DNA of 64,000 bases from Candidatus Poribacteria bacterium. Its GTDB lineage: Bacteria; Poribacteria; WGA-4E; JAJDTR01. The DNA is taken from assembly GCA_965222225.1 (NCBI GenBank), contig CBDCTK010000002.1, positions 3,072,001 to 3,136,000 of the forward strand, read 5' to 3'. Position numbers and translations under genes: made by a program. Shown here one piece after another: positions 41,097 through 51,899 of the stretch (position 1 is its first letter; each line of letters opens with the position of its first letter). The notes below the pieces were generated by a model, which saw nothing but the letters and a program-made list of their open reading frames with translations, was not told the DNA's origin and ran no database searches.

Positions 41097-41475
41097 TTAC
41101 CTCGCCTCCCGGACGAGATGTTGAATCGCGTACCTGTTGTATTGGTTTTTTCAAGATATAGCCCCGTTTTCGTGATGCCGTAGGGCGCTTTTTCGCTTTG
41201 ATTATAACCGCTTGACAAGTCGGAGATCCACGTTAATCGGGTGTTAAGTTAAATCGGGGTAATGACACCGATTGGATAGGCATAGGATTGGAAGGGTGGA
41301 AGATTTACTTGAAGGGTTTACGTTGTGGGAGGAGGGCTCAGCGAGACGATGAGAAACAGATGATGTACCCTCCGAGCGGGAAGGGCTAAGTCCGACGCCT
41401 GCTGTTTCGGAAGTGCCGCATTTCTAGCGCTAGGCGTATTGTGTTTTCGAGTCTAAGGACAAGGTAAAGAGAAGA

Positions 41476-42239
41476 TTATCTCCGCGACGACTTCTTTATT
41501 TCTCCCCAAGTCGTAGTCAGATGTGTTTTACGATTAACGCTATGAGGCCCGCCAATGTTTGGTATGTCAGGTCCCGTGATGGCAACGTCATCAAGATGAA
41601 CAAGCATCTCACTTAACGTCTCAAATCTCACGGTACCAGGTGCTGCCGTTTCATCTTTATATTTGCTTACGCGATTGCCGTTAAAATGAAACTCAAAATT
41701 ACTCGCCTCCGCTACGATTTTTATTTGGTGCCATCGCCGTAATTTAATCACTCCTTCAAAGTGTCCTCAAAGAATAGTACCTTCTATCCCCTTGGGGGCG
41801 ATTTTGACATCAGGTGAGATGGTCACCGCAGCTACAAGATCTTTCCTAGGAAGAATCAACATCCGTTGCTCAGCCGTCACATCAAAAAGTCCCTCTCTAC
41901 TTCGAACAGAGGCACTGAAAACTGGGCTATAATTCTGCGACACTTCTTTAATTCTAACTCGACATGTTAGTGTATAAGAGTTCCAGTCTTCCGCATTTTC
42001 TGTTCTTAATTCCAAGGACACAACTTTAAAAACCCCTTCAGGTAGCTCTTTTTTTCAATCGTTGTGTCCATGACTAGATATCCATTTTTTAACGCGACAG
42101 GGAGGGCAATTCCGGGAGGGTGTTTTGAAAGATGCCACCCGTCAAGATTTCTATCATGAAAAACGTCCAAAAACGTACCGGAATGCGCTACGCTTGTAGG
42201 CGATATAGCGATTAGCAAAGCTATCAGTAACCATTTCAT
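41476..42239 (-). pseudogene. Secreted beta-sandwich protein with TTTWGEIK tail, split into three frames
   Basis: MKWLLIALL signal..GTFLDVF; WNSYTLTCRVRI; WHQIKIVA..HLDDVAITGPDIP..LTTTWGEIK. Confidence 0.65.
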
Positions 42240-42399
42240 TGGAATTCCATCCATACAAGAAACGTTGCCTTTAACGTCGTCCCTTACACTCACGAATAAA
42301 CGACGGAAATCTCGCATGAGTTCACCCTCTTCTGGATTTAACCTGCGTCAATCTATAAGCCATATTTAGGGTGGAACGAACATGGATGGAAATCTCGCT

Positions 42400-44040
42400 T
42401 CATTGACCGTCCTCAAACTGGAAGGCGTACAAGCTCGCCTGATGGAGATGGAACCGGAGTCGGCACGGCTTGTTCCACAGATTCCTCAAATCTGCATCGG
42501 CATTCCACCGCACCGTGTGCCAAATCTGATTGGGATTATCCGAACAGACGGGGACACAATCTTCAGCAGCGAATCCGGCGTACGGCTTGAAGTCGGGATC
42601 GAGAATCTCCACGCGAATGTAGCCGCCGTAACAGTCCGCATTGATATTCAGGCGATTGCCCTCGAATACAAACTGCCTAGCATAAACCTTGCCATACTCA
42701 TAGGTCGGCTTCAACTCCGCCCATCCGTCTTCCCGCAGGATAAGCGCGCCGACCGAGCGGCGCCGTCTCGGGTAGCCACCCATAACCGCTCCCAACTTCT
42801 CCCAATCCGCTTTGCCGGCTTCGAAGGCGGCTTCGGGCACCATTAACGCGGGCGGTGGATAACTGTACCATTCCTGTTTGTCAGGAATCGCCAAGTACGG
42901 AATATGGAGTTTGCCGTCGTAGACGAGCTGACCGGTAGAAGTATAGCAGACGTAGCCGTAGTCGATGCTCCCCGGATCGCGGTTGTCGACCCATGCACCG
43001 GGTCCGCCGACCCGTACCCAACGTTTGCCGTCACGGCTCGTGTATAGACCCAGCCTGACAAACGCCAGATCTCGCCAGTTCGCCCCGTCTCTGGAGCACC
43101 AGATCGGCTCAGCCATGAACTCGCCGGGGATGCCGATATATTGCCCGCCGACCTTGCGAACCGACATTTCGTGAAACTCCAGATTCGGGGGCAAGTCCGG
43201 CTCCCAATCAACCGATATCACCACCTCCTTGGGCGACCAGTTGATGAAGTCCTCGCTCTCCTGCCGCCCAATCTGCCGTTTGCGATGCAGGAAGTTCTGG
43301 TGATGCGAATACTGACTGTAAGCAACCCACTTTTCTATAGATTCATCCCAGATGATTCTAGGCTCGTGATGATGGCGGTAGGTGCTGTAATCGCTGACGG
43401 TCGTCCAGCGCAGTCCGTCCGGCGACGCCTTCACCGTGGATGTGAGGGGTTCGCCTCTCTCGCGTGCAAAGCCGTAGCGGCTGAAGAGCATCAGAAACTT
43501 CCGGTCGGGGTCGCTCTGATCGTGGTTGAGCACCACCGTTACGCCCGCGGTGTCCTGTTCCACGATGTTGGTCTCCGTGTAATTCTCGTATGGCAAACAT
43601 TTGTCGCTGAGGGGCTTTTCCCAATGGATACAGTTGGTCGATTCGGCATAGCACAACACTTGACCCGTGTTGAACGGGTCGCCGGACAGGGATTGGATGT
43701 ACCATATCTTGAATTTGCCGTCGTCCGGGTCTTGGATCGCACCGGACGGAAAAGGGTTGTAGTATCGCTCCCAGGGCAGGTCGCCGACCTCAAGAATCGG
43801 CTCTGCGGGACGGTACGGTTCGGGGAACACTCTTTCCACATCCTCAAGGTGATCGATGATAAAATTGTCCAAGAACAACTGTTTCTGCGTACCGATGTGG
43901 AGAAACGGAATCTCGTAATCGGGCATAAAGTGAGGATACTTCCTGCTTTCAATCGGGCGCCTGCCCGCCAGCGTGTCTTCGATGTTGCGCTGAATATCCA
44001 GCGGTTCGGTGAGGCTTCTTTTTTCGGGGATATCCGTCAT
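42400..44040 (-). CDS. Beta-propeller glycoside hydrolase-like protein
   Basis: KQLFLDN, YAESTNCIHWEKP, SPDGLRW, LREDGW, LRFHLHQASLYAFQ. Confidence 0.8.
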   Translation of the reverse strand: MTDIPEKRSLTEPLDIQRNIEDTLAGRRPIESRKYPHFMPDYEIPFLHIGTQKQLFLDNFIIDHLEDVERVFPEPYRPAEPILEVGDLPWERYYNPFPSGAIQDPDDGKFKIWYIQSLSGDPFNTGQVLCYAESTNCIHWEKPLSDKCLPYENYTETNIVEQDTAGVTVVLNHDQSDPDRKFLMLFSRYGFARERGEPLTSTVKASPDGLRWTTVSDYSTYRHHHEPRIIWDESIEKWVAYSQYSHHQNFLHRKRQIGRQESEDFINWSPKEVVISVDWEPDLPPNLEFHEMSVRKVGGQYIGIPGEFMAEPIWCSRDGANWRDLAFVRLGLYTSRDGKRWVRVGGPGAWVDNRDPGSIDYGYVCYTSTGQLVYDGKLHIPYLAIPDKQEWYSYPPPALMVPEAAFEAGKADWEKLGAVMGGYPRRRRSVGALILREDGWAELKPTYEYGKVYARQFVFEGNRLNINADCYGGYIRVEILDPDFKPYAGFAAEDCVPVCSDNPNQIWHTVRWNADADLRNLWNKPCRLRFHLHQASLYAFQFEDGQ

Positions 44041-44149
44041 GGGGGTTTGGTTCTCCTATTGGGGGGCTTTAGAGCCTGATTGGATAACGGGTAGTAAAGT
44101 TATTTCCGATACTTTGAGGCTGGGTGTTTTCACGTTTTTGCAGTAGCCT

Positions 44150-44340
44150 GCTATGTACCTGTCGCCCCGCTGGGGCTTAGGTGCGTGAGGTATCGGCGTT
44201 CTATACACCTGTCGCCCCTCTAGGGCTATTAGAAGTTGGTGGAATTCTATGGGGACTTTATCGCGTAGGATTTACTAACGGGATTTGCTATCGCGCTCAT
44301 TATGCATTCGCTTGATCCCTCGTTATTCACTCCGTTGATA
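44150..44340. repeat. REP doublet followed by stacked/nested mini-elements
   Basis: Several leaders (GGAATTCTAT, GGGGACTTTATCGC, GGATTTACTA), a complete copy at 44280-44315, then a tail. Confidence 0.75.
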
Positions 44341-44352
44341 GGTTTCGTCGGC

Positions 44353-45945
44353 TCAATTCTCAGGCGGGAGGAGGCGAAAGCTGTAGAGTTTTGCGCCTTT
44401 CAGACGAAAGCGAAGGCGGCACGGTTGTTCCGCTTGATTCAAGCCGCGGTCCCCCCAGCGAACAGAATGGCGCACGTGGTCACCCCGTATAGGCGTGCAG
44501 GTTTCCGCCGAGAATCCGGGCTGCACCTGCCCGTCAGGGGACAGCACCTCGACGGCAAGGCTGCCGCCGCTCGCGTCGACGTTCACTTCGAACCTGCCAT
44601 CTGGCAGTTGCAGGGGAACGGTTTCAACCACGCCGTCATCCGCATCGAGCGAGACAAAGCCGTCCAACCGCCAACTGGCTCTACCGATGGACATCACTTT
44701 GTCCTTGAGCAGCTCGCCGTGCGTCTGCGTGCTGCCGGTGTAGTACCAGTGTATCCCGTCATCCTCCACCAAGGGTTCTTTGGCGGTGAAGAGAATCATG
44801 CCCGAATCGAATTCGCCTCCCTTCCCGCGCGGGAGAATCGGGGTTCGGTCTTCAAAATGGCGCCAGTTTACGCCGTCTCGGCTGTAGATGAGTTGCGCAT
44901 CAATCGGACCATCGACGGCTGCCTGCCCGGGCACGGTATTCACGATGTCCTCGGTGACGTATAAGACGCCCAAGAGACCGATATAGATGCTGGGGATCTC
45001 TATCGCACGAGAATTTCTATCGCCCTCGCTATTCACTCGGTTGATCCCTATTCGGTCGTTTGGTCGATAGGGAAAGCCGGACATGTTGTGAAACTCCGCG
45101 CGGATAGCGCCGTAGCGCTCCTTGCCGAGCGCGTCGTCTTCCGGATTTGGTTCCAGGATGGGCGTTATCTCCGACCACCCGCTTTCCAATCTCTTGCTCT
45201 CGCTGTATTCGATGTGACGACGCTCCCCTCCCCTCCCGACCAGCATATAAGAGAGGTAGCGGTCAGCCCTTTCATCGCATACCACATTCGTAGGTCCCTC
45301 ATTTGCGCGCTCTATCACCGGCTGTTTCAATCCCTCATCGCTCCAACGGATGCCGTCGGGCGACGTAATTAGGAAGATGTTCCGGTAGCGGCGGCAAAAA
45401 CCGATCGCTTTGTAACGCTCCCTTTCGTCCCGCGGGTCATCCTCAAGAAAAACGCTGGCGCCGTGCAAGTCCCAAACGATGTTGTTATTCGGGCTTTCGT
45501 CAAAATCGAATATCCCCAGATTCGGTTTGGTCCACGTCAGCCCATCATCGCTCTCGGCATAGCAGAGCAGGTCGCCGATGTCGCTGCCCCGGAAATGCCT
45601 TCCGTCATCGTCGGTGCGGCGTCCCATGTACCGGGTAGCGTCTCCAGCGCCGGTGCGGGGCACATATAAGCCGGGAATGCGGTGTCCGTGATCCGGATCC
45701 ATGCGAGCCATATACCACATCTGGAATTTGTTCGTCCGATTGTCGTGCAGCACGGTTCCCAAGAGATTGACCCGCTTGGTTCTCTCGGGACCGTCATTTT
45801 CCCACGGCTTGTCGGGTTCCGGTGCTATGACCGGATGCGGTGTTTTGGTCGCCGGATGGAGCGTGCGGGTGACGCCGCGCTTCGTCTCAATGAGTGCATC
45901 GTCTACAAATAATTCTGTGCCGTAACCGAGTTCGTGTGGTTTCAT
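44353..45945 (-). CDS. Beta-propeller glycoside hydrolase-like protein carrying a 24-aa in-frame mini-element insertion
   Basis: ELFVDD, YAESDDGLTWTKP, YSRDGVNW, LRFRLKGAKLYSF; insert PNDRIGINRVNSEGDRNSRAIEIP between FPYR and SIYIG. Confidence 0.82.
   Translation of the reverse strand: MKPHELGYGTELFVDDALIETKRGVTRTLHPATKTPHPVIAPEPDKPWENDGPERTKRVNLLGTVLHDNRTNKFQMWYMARMDPDHGHRIPGLYVPRTGAGDATRYMGRRTDDDGRHFRGSDIGDLLCYAESDDGLTWTKPNLGIFDFDESPNNNIVWDLHGASVFLEDDPRDERERYKAIGFCRRYRNIFLITSPDGIRWSDEGLKQPVIERANEGPTNVVCDERADRYLSYMLVGRGGERRHIEYSESKRLESGWSEITPILEPNPEDDALGKERYGAIRAEFHNMSGFPYRPNDRIGINRVNSEGDRNSRAIEIPSIYIGLLGVLYVTEDIVNTVPGQAAVDGPIDAQLIYSRDGVNWRHFEDRTPILPRGKGGEFDSGMILFTAKEPLVEDDGIHWYYTGSTQTHGELLKDKVMSIGRASWRLDGFVSLDADDGVVETVPLQLPDGRFEVNVDASGGSLAVEVLSPDGQVQPGFSAETCTPIRGDHVRHSVRWGDRGLNQAEQPCRLRFRLKGAKLYSFRLLPPEN
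44992..45063. mobile_element. Two nested 36-nt mini-elements inside a CDS
   Basis: Inner 45009-45044; outer 44992-45008 + 45045-45063; removal restores FPYRSIYIG. Confidence 0.9.
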
Positions 45946-45991
45946 ATTTTTCTGATGTTCAAGACTTAAGCACGTTGCCTTGATTATATAA

Positions 45992-47240
45992 CGGAATTAG
46001 TAGCTTGTAGCTTTTAGACTGACGACAAACATAAAACTTGGTACCCTGTCGTAAATCTTTTCGTCACACGTAGATGTCCATAGTGACTATTCTTCTCGTA
46101 GGAGTTTGCTATGGACATTTTGAATCTTATGAAAGAGTTTCCAAATCAAGAATCTTGTCTCAGATTTATAGAGGAAAAACGTTGGAAGGACGGTGTTTGC
46201 TGTATCCACTGTGGCAGTGAAAAAGTTGGACGCAAGAACAGAAACGACATTACTACTGGTTGGAATTGCTACGATTGTGAATCTAGCTTTTCGGCTACAG
46301 CAGGAACCATCTTCCATGGTACCAAGATACCTCTCCAGAAATGGTTTTTGGCTATCTCAATCCTTTCCAATGCCAAGAAAAACATATCGAGTTGTCAGCT
46401 TGCTCGTGACTTGGACATGAATCAAAAGTCCGCTTGGTATATGGCAATGCGCCTCCGTGAGAAAATGAGTGATAGTGATGAATTGCTGAAAGGGATAGTT
46501 GAAGCAGACGAAACCTATGTCGGCGGCAAACCCAGAGCAAAATCTAAGAGAGGTAGAGGCACAAATAAATCTCCCGTCATCGGCGTAGTCGAGAGAGGCG
46601 GTCGGGTGGTTGCTAAATTCATGAAGGTTCTATCTGGTGAAAATATCAGAGAATTCATCCTTAGCAATGTCTCACCCGATGAGTCTATTCTTATGACTGA
46701 TGAATTTCGCTCTTACAATAGTCTGGACGAAGATATCGAAAGACATGTTATCCATCACCAAGAGAGATATGTTTCTGAGGACGGCGTAACTCACACCAAT
46801 ACCATCGAGTCGGTTTGGGCTTGTGTCAAGAGGTCATTCTACGGAACGCATCATCACTACAGCAAGAAGTGGCTGCCACTGTATATCATGGAGTCTTGCT
46901 GGAAATATAATCGCAGAAAAGATGATGAGATTTTCATAAGATTTTTTGATGAATGCTTCACCTGAGCCACATGAATTGTTTGGCTATCGGTATATTCTGT
47001 CAACGACAGCATCATGGTATGATGTAAATCCCATAGTGTTGGAAATTAAAATCCCGCAGATAACCCGCAATGCTCCCGCGAGCATGTACAAACGCTTGGT
47101 CAACATGATATGCCTCCATTTCTCTCTTATAGAGATGTATTTTAGTGTGAATCAAGATTCCGAACACTGTCTAAAGTTATTGTACATTAAGAAAAGAAAA
47201 GCAAGCAAATCAACCAAAAAGCAGTTAACTACTAAGTCCC
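45992..47240 (+). mobile_element. IS1595-family insertion sequence
   Basis: Imperfect inverted ends CGGAATTAGTAGCT / AACTACTAAGTCCC; AT-rich; contains transposase 46111-46965. Confidence 0.75.
46111..46965 (+). CDS. IS1595-family (ISXO2-like) DDE transposase
   Basis: Zn ribbon CIHCG..CYDC, VEADETYVGG, MTDE, HTNTIESVW. Confidence 0.93.
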   Translation: MDILNLMKEFPNQESCLRFIEEKRWKDGVCCIHCGSEKVGRKNRNDITTGWNCYDCESSFSATAGTIFHGTKIPLQKWFLAISILSNAKKNISSCQLARDLDMNQKSAWYMAMRLREKMSDSDELLKGIVEADETYVGGKPRAKSKRGRGTNKSPVIGVVERGGRVVAKFMKVLSGENIREFILSNVSPDESILMTDEFRSYNSLDEDIERHVIHHQERYVSEDGVTHTNTIESVWACVKRSFYGTHHHYSKKWLPLYIMESCWKYNRRKDDEIFIRFFDECFT

Positions 47241-47487
47241 ATTCTTTATAGTAGTAGCCGATGAAAGGGCCCGCGTCAGGGTTCTGCAACCATCTGAGTC
47301 TCCGGGCGACTTCGAGCGCATCAGGCGGTATCCACCCGAAAGCGGCGTCCGCGTCTACGATTTCACGCTTGGCGTCTTCATCGGTCTCCGCCATAACAAT
47401 ACGATATTGCGACAGAGTTTCCTTCATACGTGCCGCCCAATCGCGCTTCATCTCGTCCAGTGGTGGCATCATCACAAACTTTAACAA
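47241..47487 (-). pseudogene. D-2-hydroxyacid dehydrogenase N-terminal fragment truncated by IS1595
   Basis: REIVDADAAFGWIPP..RRLRWLQNPDAG then reads into the IS end; remainder absent. Confidence 0.7.
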
Positions 47488-47792
47488 TGTTCTTCTCCTA
47501 GGGTTGCGGTATTGTTAGAGCCTGGTTGAAAATTCATTCAAGCGGGAATACGGCGTACGGTGCCGTCTGATCCAGATCGCTTGAAGCGCCCGGGCTCATC
47601 ATGTATTCCTTGAACTGCGAATCGAGCCAAGATTAATAATCTGAAAAATATGTGACGTTGGTAGGTGAAGTTGCTACTAGCACATCCACCTCACACCTGC
47701 GCATAAACTCTATTGCTCGATTGCTGTTGAAAAGCATGAGATGATTCCTTTGGGTAGAATTATCTTGTCAAGCGCTTATCGCTTCCCTGTGC

Positions 47793-48758
47793 CTAGACCT
47801 GAGGGATCGAGACGTTATCAAGCTCTTCCCGCACGTCATCGGGGAGCGACCATCCAACGGCACCAATGATATCCGGAATCTCATCGGTGCTGTCGCAGCC
47901 TACAATTGTAGTTGTGATTTCCGAATGCGAAAGAATCCATGCTAACGCCAATTGTGCGGGTGTCTTGTCCAATTCGGAGGCACGCATTTTGAGGACATTT
48001 ATGATTTTACCGGGCGTTCCCTGCACCGCGGCATCGAACTCTGACACCTTCCGCTCCGCCCATAGCGATCCGCGTGGTGGCGGTTTGCCCGGAGAATAGA
48101 CGCCACCGAGAAGACCAACTGCCAACGGGCTGTATGCCATGACACCCAGCCCAGTGTCCCGTACGAGCCCGAACATTTCGCGCTCGAGCGCCCGATTCAA
48201 CAGGCTGTACGGATTCTGAACGCAGATATATGGGGTTGCGTTGATTGCATCGGCAATCCATAGTGCATTGCAGACTTGCCAAGCGGCGTAGTTGCAACAG
48301 CCAATGTAAAGGACTTTGCCGGAGCGAACCAAATCGTCTAATGCGCGAATAGTCTCAGCGAGCGGCGTGGATTCATCGAAATTGTGCACGAGGTAAACGT
48401 CAATATGGTCCGTGTTCAGTCGTATGAGCGATTGTTCGACTTCGCGCAGGATGTGGTATCGAGACAGTCCTCGGTCGTTCGGGCCGGGCCCGGTGGTACT
48501 CCAGACTTTCGAGGTGATGACCACATCGTCCCGTTTTCCACGGAGCGCCCTGCCAAGAATCATTTCCGACTGTCCAGAGTTGTCATGCGCATCTGTGAGG
48601 CAGTAGCTGTTCGCACAATCTATGAGGTTAATCCCCAGATCGATGGCGTGTTCAATGATTCTCTGTCCAGATGCGACATCAGATACTCCCCTGAATCCGA
48701 GGCCGAGAGCCACTCGACTGATTTTGAGCCCTGCTGTTCCGAAATTGACGTATTCCAT
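47793..48758 (-). CDS. Aldo/keto reductase
   Basis: IDCANSY, ITSKV, LNTDHIDVYLVH, GKVLYIG, YSPLAVGLL. Confidence 0.92.
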   Translation of the reverse strand: MEYVNFGTAGLKISRVALGLGFRGVSDVASGQRIIEHAIDLGINLIDCANSYCLTDAHDNSGQSEMILGRALRGKRDDVVITSKVWSTTGPGPNDRGLSRYHILREVEQSLIRLNTDHIDVYLVHNFDESTPLAETIRALDDLVRSGKVLYIGCCNYAAWQVCNALWIADAINATPYICVQNPYSLLNRALEREMFGLVRDTGLGVMAYSPLAVGLLGGVYSPGKPPPRGSLWAERKVSEFDAAVQGTPGKIINVLKMRASELDKTPAQLALAWILSHSEITTTIVGCDSTDEIPDIIGAVGWSLPDDVREELDNVSIPQV

Positions 48759-48828
48759 TACGCTCCTCTCGTTTCCTTTGACCTCAATAGCGAAATGCCG
48801 CGAATGCGATGTCTTCCTATTTCAGTTG

Positions 48829-49886
48829 TCAGCGTAAACCCCCGTAGAACTCACTGTCGCGCCGGCAAAACAAGTCGAGGAAATTCCTGGGGTAGGGATG
48901 GGGTGGTTCACTGACCTCTCTCAATTCATTCACTTCATCGTCAGAAAGCTGAAGACGTAGCGATTCCAAAAGGTTTGAATACTGCTCTAGCCGGGATCCT
49001 CCCAAGAGAACGACATCAGAGGTGCCTGCCTGAATCATCCAGCGTGTGGCAACATTCGGAATTGTGTTGTCATAGCGCTCGGCGATGCGGGCAAGTACAT
49101 CCAACGTTGCCCAATTCCTCTCAATGGCAAGGTTCTCCCAGGAGGAACTTTCGCTCGGCTTCATCTGCTCGAACCGGCTGCCTGGAACTGGCTCTTCGAC
49201 ACCTCTGCGGTATCGACCTGTAAGAAAGCCCTGAGCCATCCCCATGCGATGGTAGATACCTTGGCATCCCGGCACGCCGGGATGATGGAGTGCTCAGCAC
49301 CCCTGTCTGCAAGGTTGTACCAGATCTGGTTGGAGATGGGAGCGGTTAAGTTTGTAAATCTGGCAATGGTGCTCGCCTTCATAACATGCCAACCATCCCA
49401 GTTGCTAACGCCTATGTAGCGAATCTTCCCTGCCCTGACAAAGTCATCCAACACCCGCAGCGTTTCTTCCAAGGGCGTGTAGAAATCCCACGCATGGCAC
49501 TGATAAAGATCGATATAATCTGTATTCAAGCGATTGAGACTATTCTCGATTTCTTTGGTAAGATAGGTACGAGAAAGTCCAACGCTGCTTGGCCGAACTT
49601 CATCTTCCATTAACCAATACCCTTTGGTCGCAATAACAAATTTTTCCCGCTTGCCTGCGACCATTTTTCCCACGGTCATTTCTGAAGTTCCGGCCATGGC
49701 GGTATTGGTTCCTCTAAACCCGCCGCCATACAGATTCGACGTGTCTATCAGATTGCCGCCTGCCTCCTGATACATGTCCACGATTCCCTGCGAGGTTTTT
49801 TCATCAAGCGTGGTGCCGAAGGGAATCGCCCCTAACCCAAGGCGCGCTACTTGCAATCCTGAGTTGCCTAAAAAGCAATACTCCAT
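48829..49886 (-). pseudogene. Aldo/keto reductase with a frameshift near 49240
   Basis: IDTSNLY..LNTDYIDLYQCH..IAWG, then MAQGFLTGRY in another frame. Confidence 0.8.
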
Positions 49887-50997
49887 TTCGTGTCTCCTTA
49901 TCAAGCAGAGGGCTTGTGAACTTGGTAAGGTCTTGTTTCAGCAGTTAGCAACCTGACAAAACACGAACAAGCTACTGGCTGGCACTGAGAATCCTGTGTA
50001 CATTCGTGGAGGTGCATTCACAGGGTGCATCGGGTAAAACGGAGACCCATTTTATCCCTTTTTCGCCGTTTCGTCAACAATAATCCCCCGTTTCTTCGGC
50101 TTCGTCGTTGACCTGATTCTGTGCTTCGTCAAAGCAAGATATAGCGAAGTGAGCCGCATAGGGCGGGTCCTCGCTCTTCCTCAATTATCGTGGGAATGTG
50201 GCCCCGGTTACAGAGCGCACAACGTTACGGGTAGGTCGCACTATTGCGCGTTGCTCTGACCCGTTTGCGACATTGGCCACTTTTGGACTCACGGCGATGA
50301 GTATTCGGATGCCGTAGGTAAGAAGCGAAGGAAGTCTGTATTCGGTGTAATCCCGATGGCTTCGTCGCCGCGCCACGTGATACGGAAATCAATGCCGTTG
50401 GTACATTCGTCAACCGTCTGAACCGGGAGATCGTACAGAATTTAGATATGCCCAAGCGGATCTGGCGCCGACACAATCAGGAAGGGGCGGATCCACAACA
50501 GGTTGTGCGGCCGACCATGCACCGTACTCTTCAGGCAATAGCCGCTACTGTCCCACCCACTACGGGTAACGTATAGCACATCCTGGATAAAACGTCTTGA
50601 GTGGTTTTATTGCTAAAAACATATGGTATAGGACTTACGCGTTTTTGACTCTTGAAGCGAATGCAATTTTCGGAAGAAATCGAGTTTTCAAGAAAAAAGG
50701 GGACGCTATAACAGTCATTATCCATTCCCTTAATCGGTTTCGAGGCACAAGTCCCATAAGCATTATCTACTTAAAGAGTATGCCACTTAGATTGCTTACC
50801 TTGACCCGCAGTGTAGTTTTCACTCACAGGCGTATCTGATAGCGCCCCTACCTAGGCAACGCTAGACAGGGAAACGAATCCTTGGTTCGCGAGCTTGTAA
50901 ATCTCTTGATTCCTGTTTCAGTAGTCAACGACTTGGCAGAATTTGAATAACTCACGCGCCCGCTCCGAAAAACCCTCGTATGTTTTAGGTGGTACTT

Positions 50998-51621
50998 TCA
51001 TTTGGTGCCCGATGTCAATCCAAGACAGCCCATAGCCGACGGAAAATCGACCCGCGTCAGCACCTTGTCGTACAGGTTCTGCAAGTCGGGATTAGCGATG
51101 TATTGAGTAGAAGGGAGCATTTCAACGCTGCTATTCTCCTCGGAAGTATCCACGAGCGGAAACTTGATGCCCAGTATCGGACACGTATCAAGACCGACAT
51201 GCGGAATCTCGCCGGGCAGCGGCGTGTCTCGGTGCCAGTGCTGGTACTCACTCCCCGGGTAAGGGTTGTTTGAATGAAAGCATTTGATGTAGAACTCCTC
51301 TTTTCCCCAATAGCGCTTGAGAAACTTGAGAATAACGGGATTTTCATAAACCTCGGGGTCGGAGAACGGGGACACCCACGGAATCGTCATCGTCTAGCGG
51401 TTGACATTCTGTTGGCGGCCGAAGCCTGTTCCCAGGCCGCCCCATTCTCTGTCAGCGATGCCGGTTTCCCGCTTCCTGATATGTTCAAGCATCGGCAGAA
51501 ACGCTGCCCGGATCCGATCCGCCGTGCTGACTGAAAAGACGTCCTCCAATACGGCGTATCCGTTAATCCTGAATTCGGCAATACTTAAGTCGAAGTCTAC
51601 GTCTTCACATCGTGCAGTCAT
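50998..51621 (-). pseudogene. PhyH-family dioxygenase, disrupted and truncated
   Basis: FRINGYAVLEDVF..; stop/frameshift at ~51394; QHWHRD..EENSSVEMLPSTQ. Confidence 0.7.
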
Positions 51622-51899
51622 TGATTCCTCCGGTGTCGACTGGATTGTTCAGATTATCGCAACAGTTTTGCTCATCAATCTATGGCACTCAAATTGGTTG
51701 AGAAATTCATCGAATTGTCAAATCCAACCGTGCGATCTGTCCCTGATAAATCGGGCATCATAAACCCGCGCGCCGGACATGCAATGAAAAGGGCGGAAAT
51801 CGGCGATTTGATAATCGAAACTCTCCTCGACAAACCGAACTGGGTAAGTTCTAAACTTAATACCAAACTGCCTTATCCACAATATTGCGCAACGCGCGA

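Noticed and set aside
43141-44079. Long antisense ORFs (e.g. 43141-44079, 31921-32670, 27425-28114, 12667-13377)
   Set aside because: Shadow frames opposite well-supported genes in GC-rich coding DNA.
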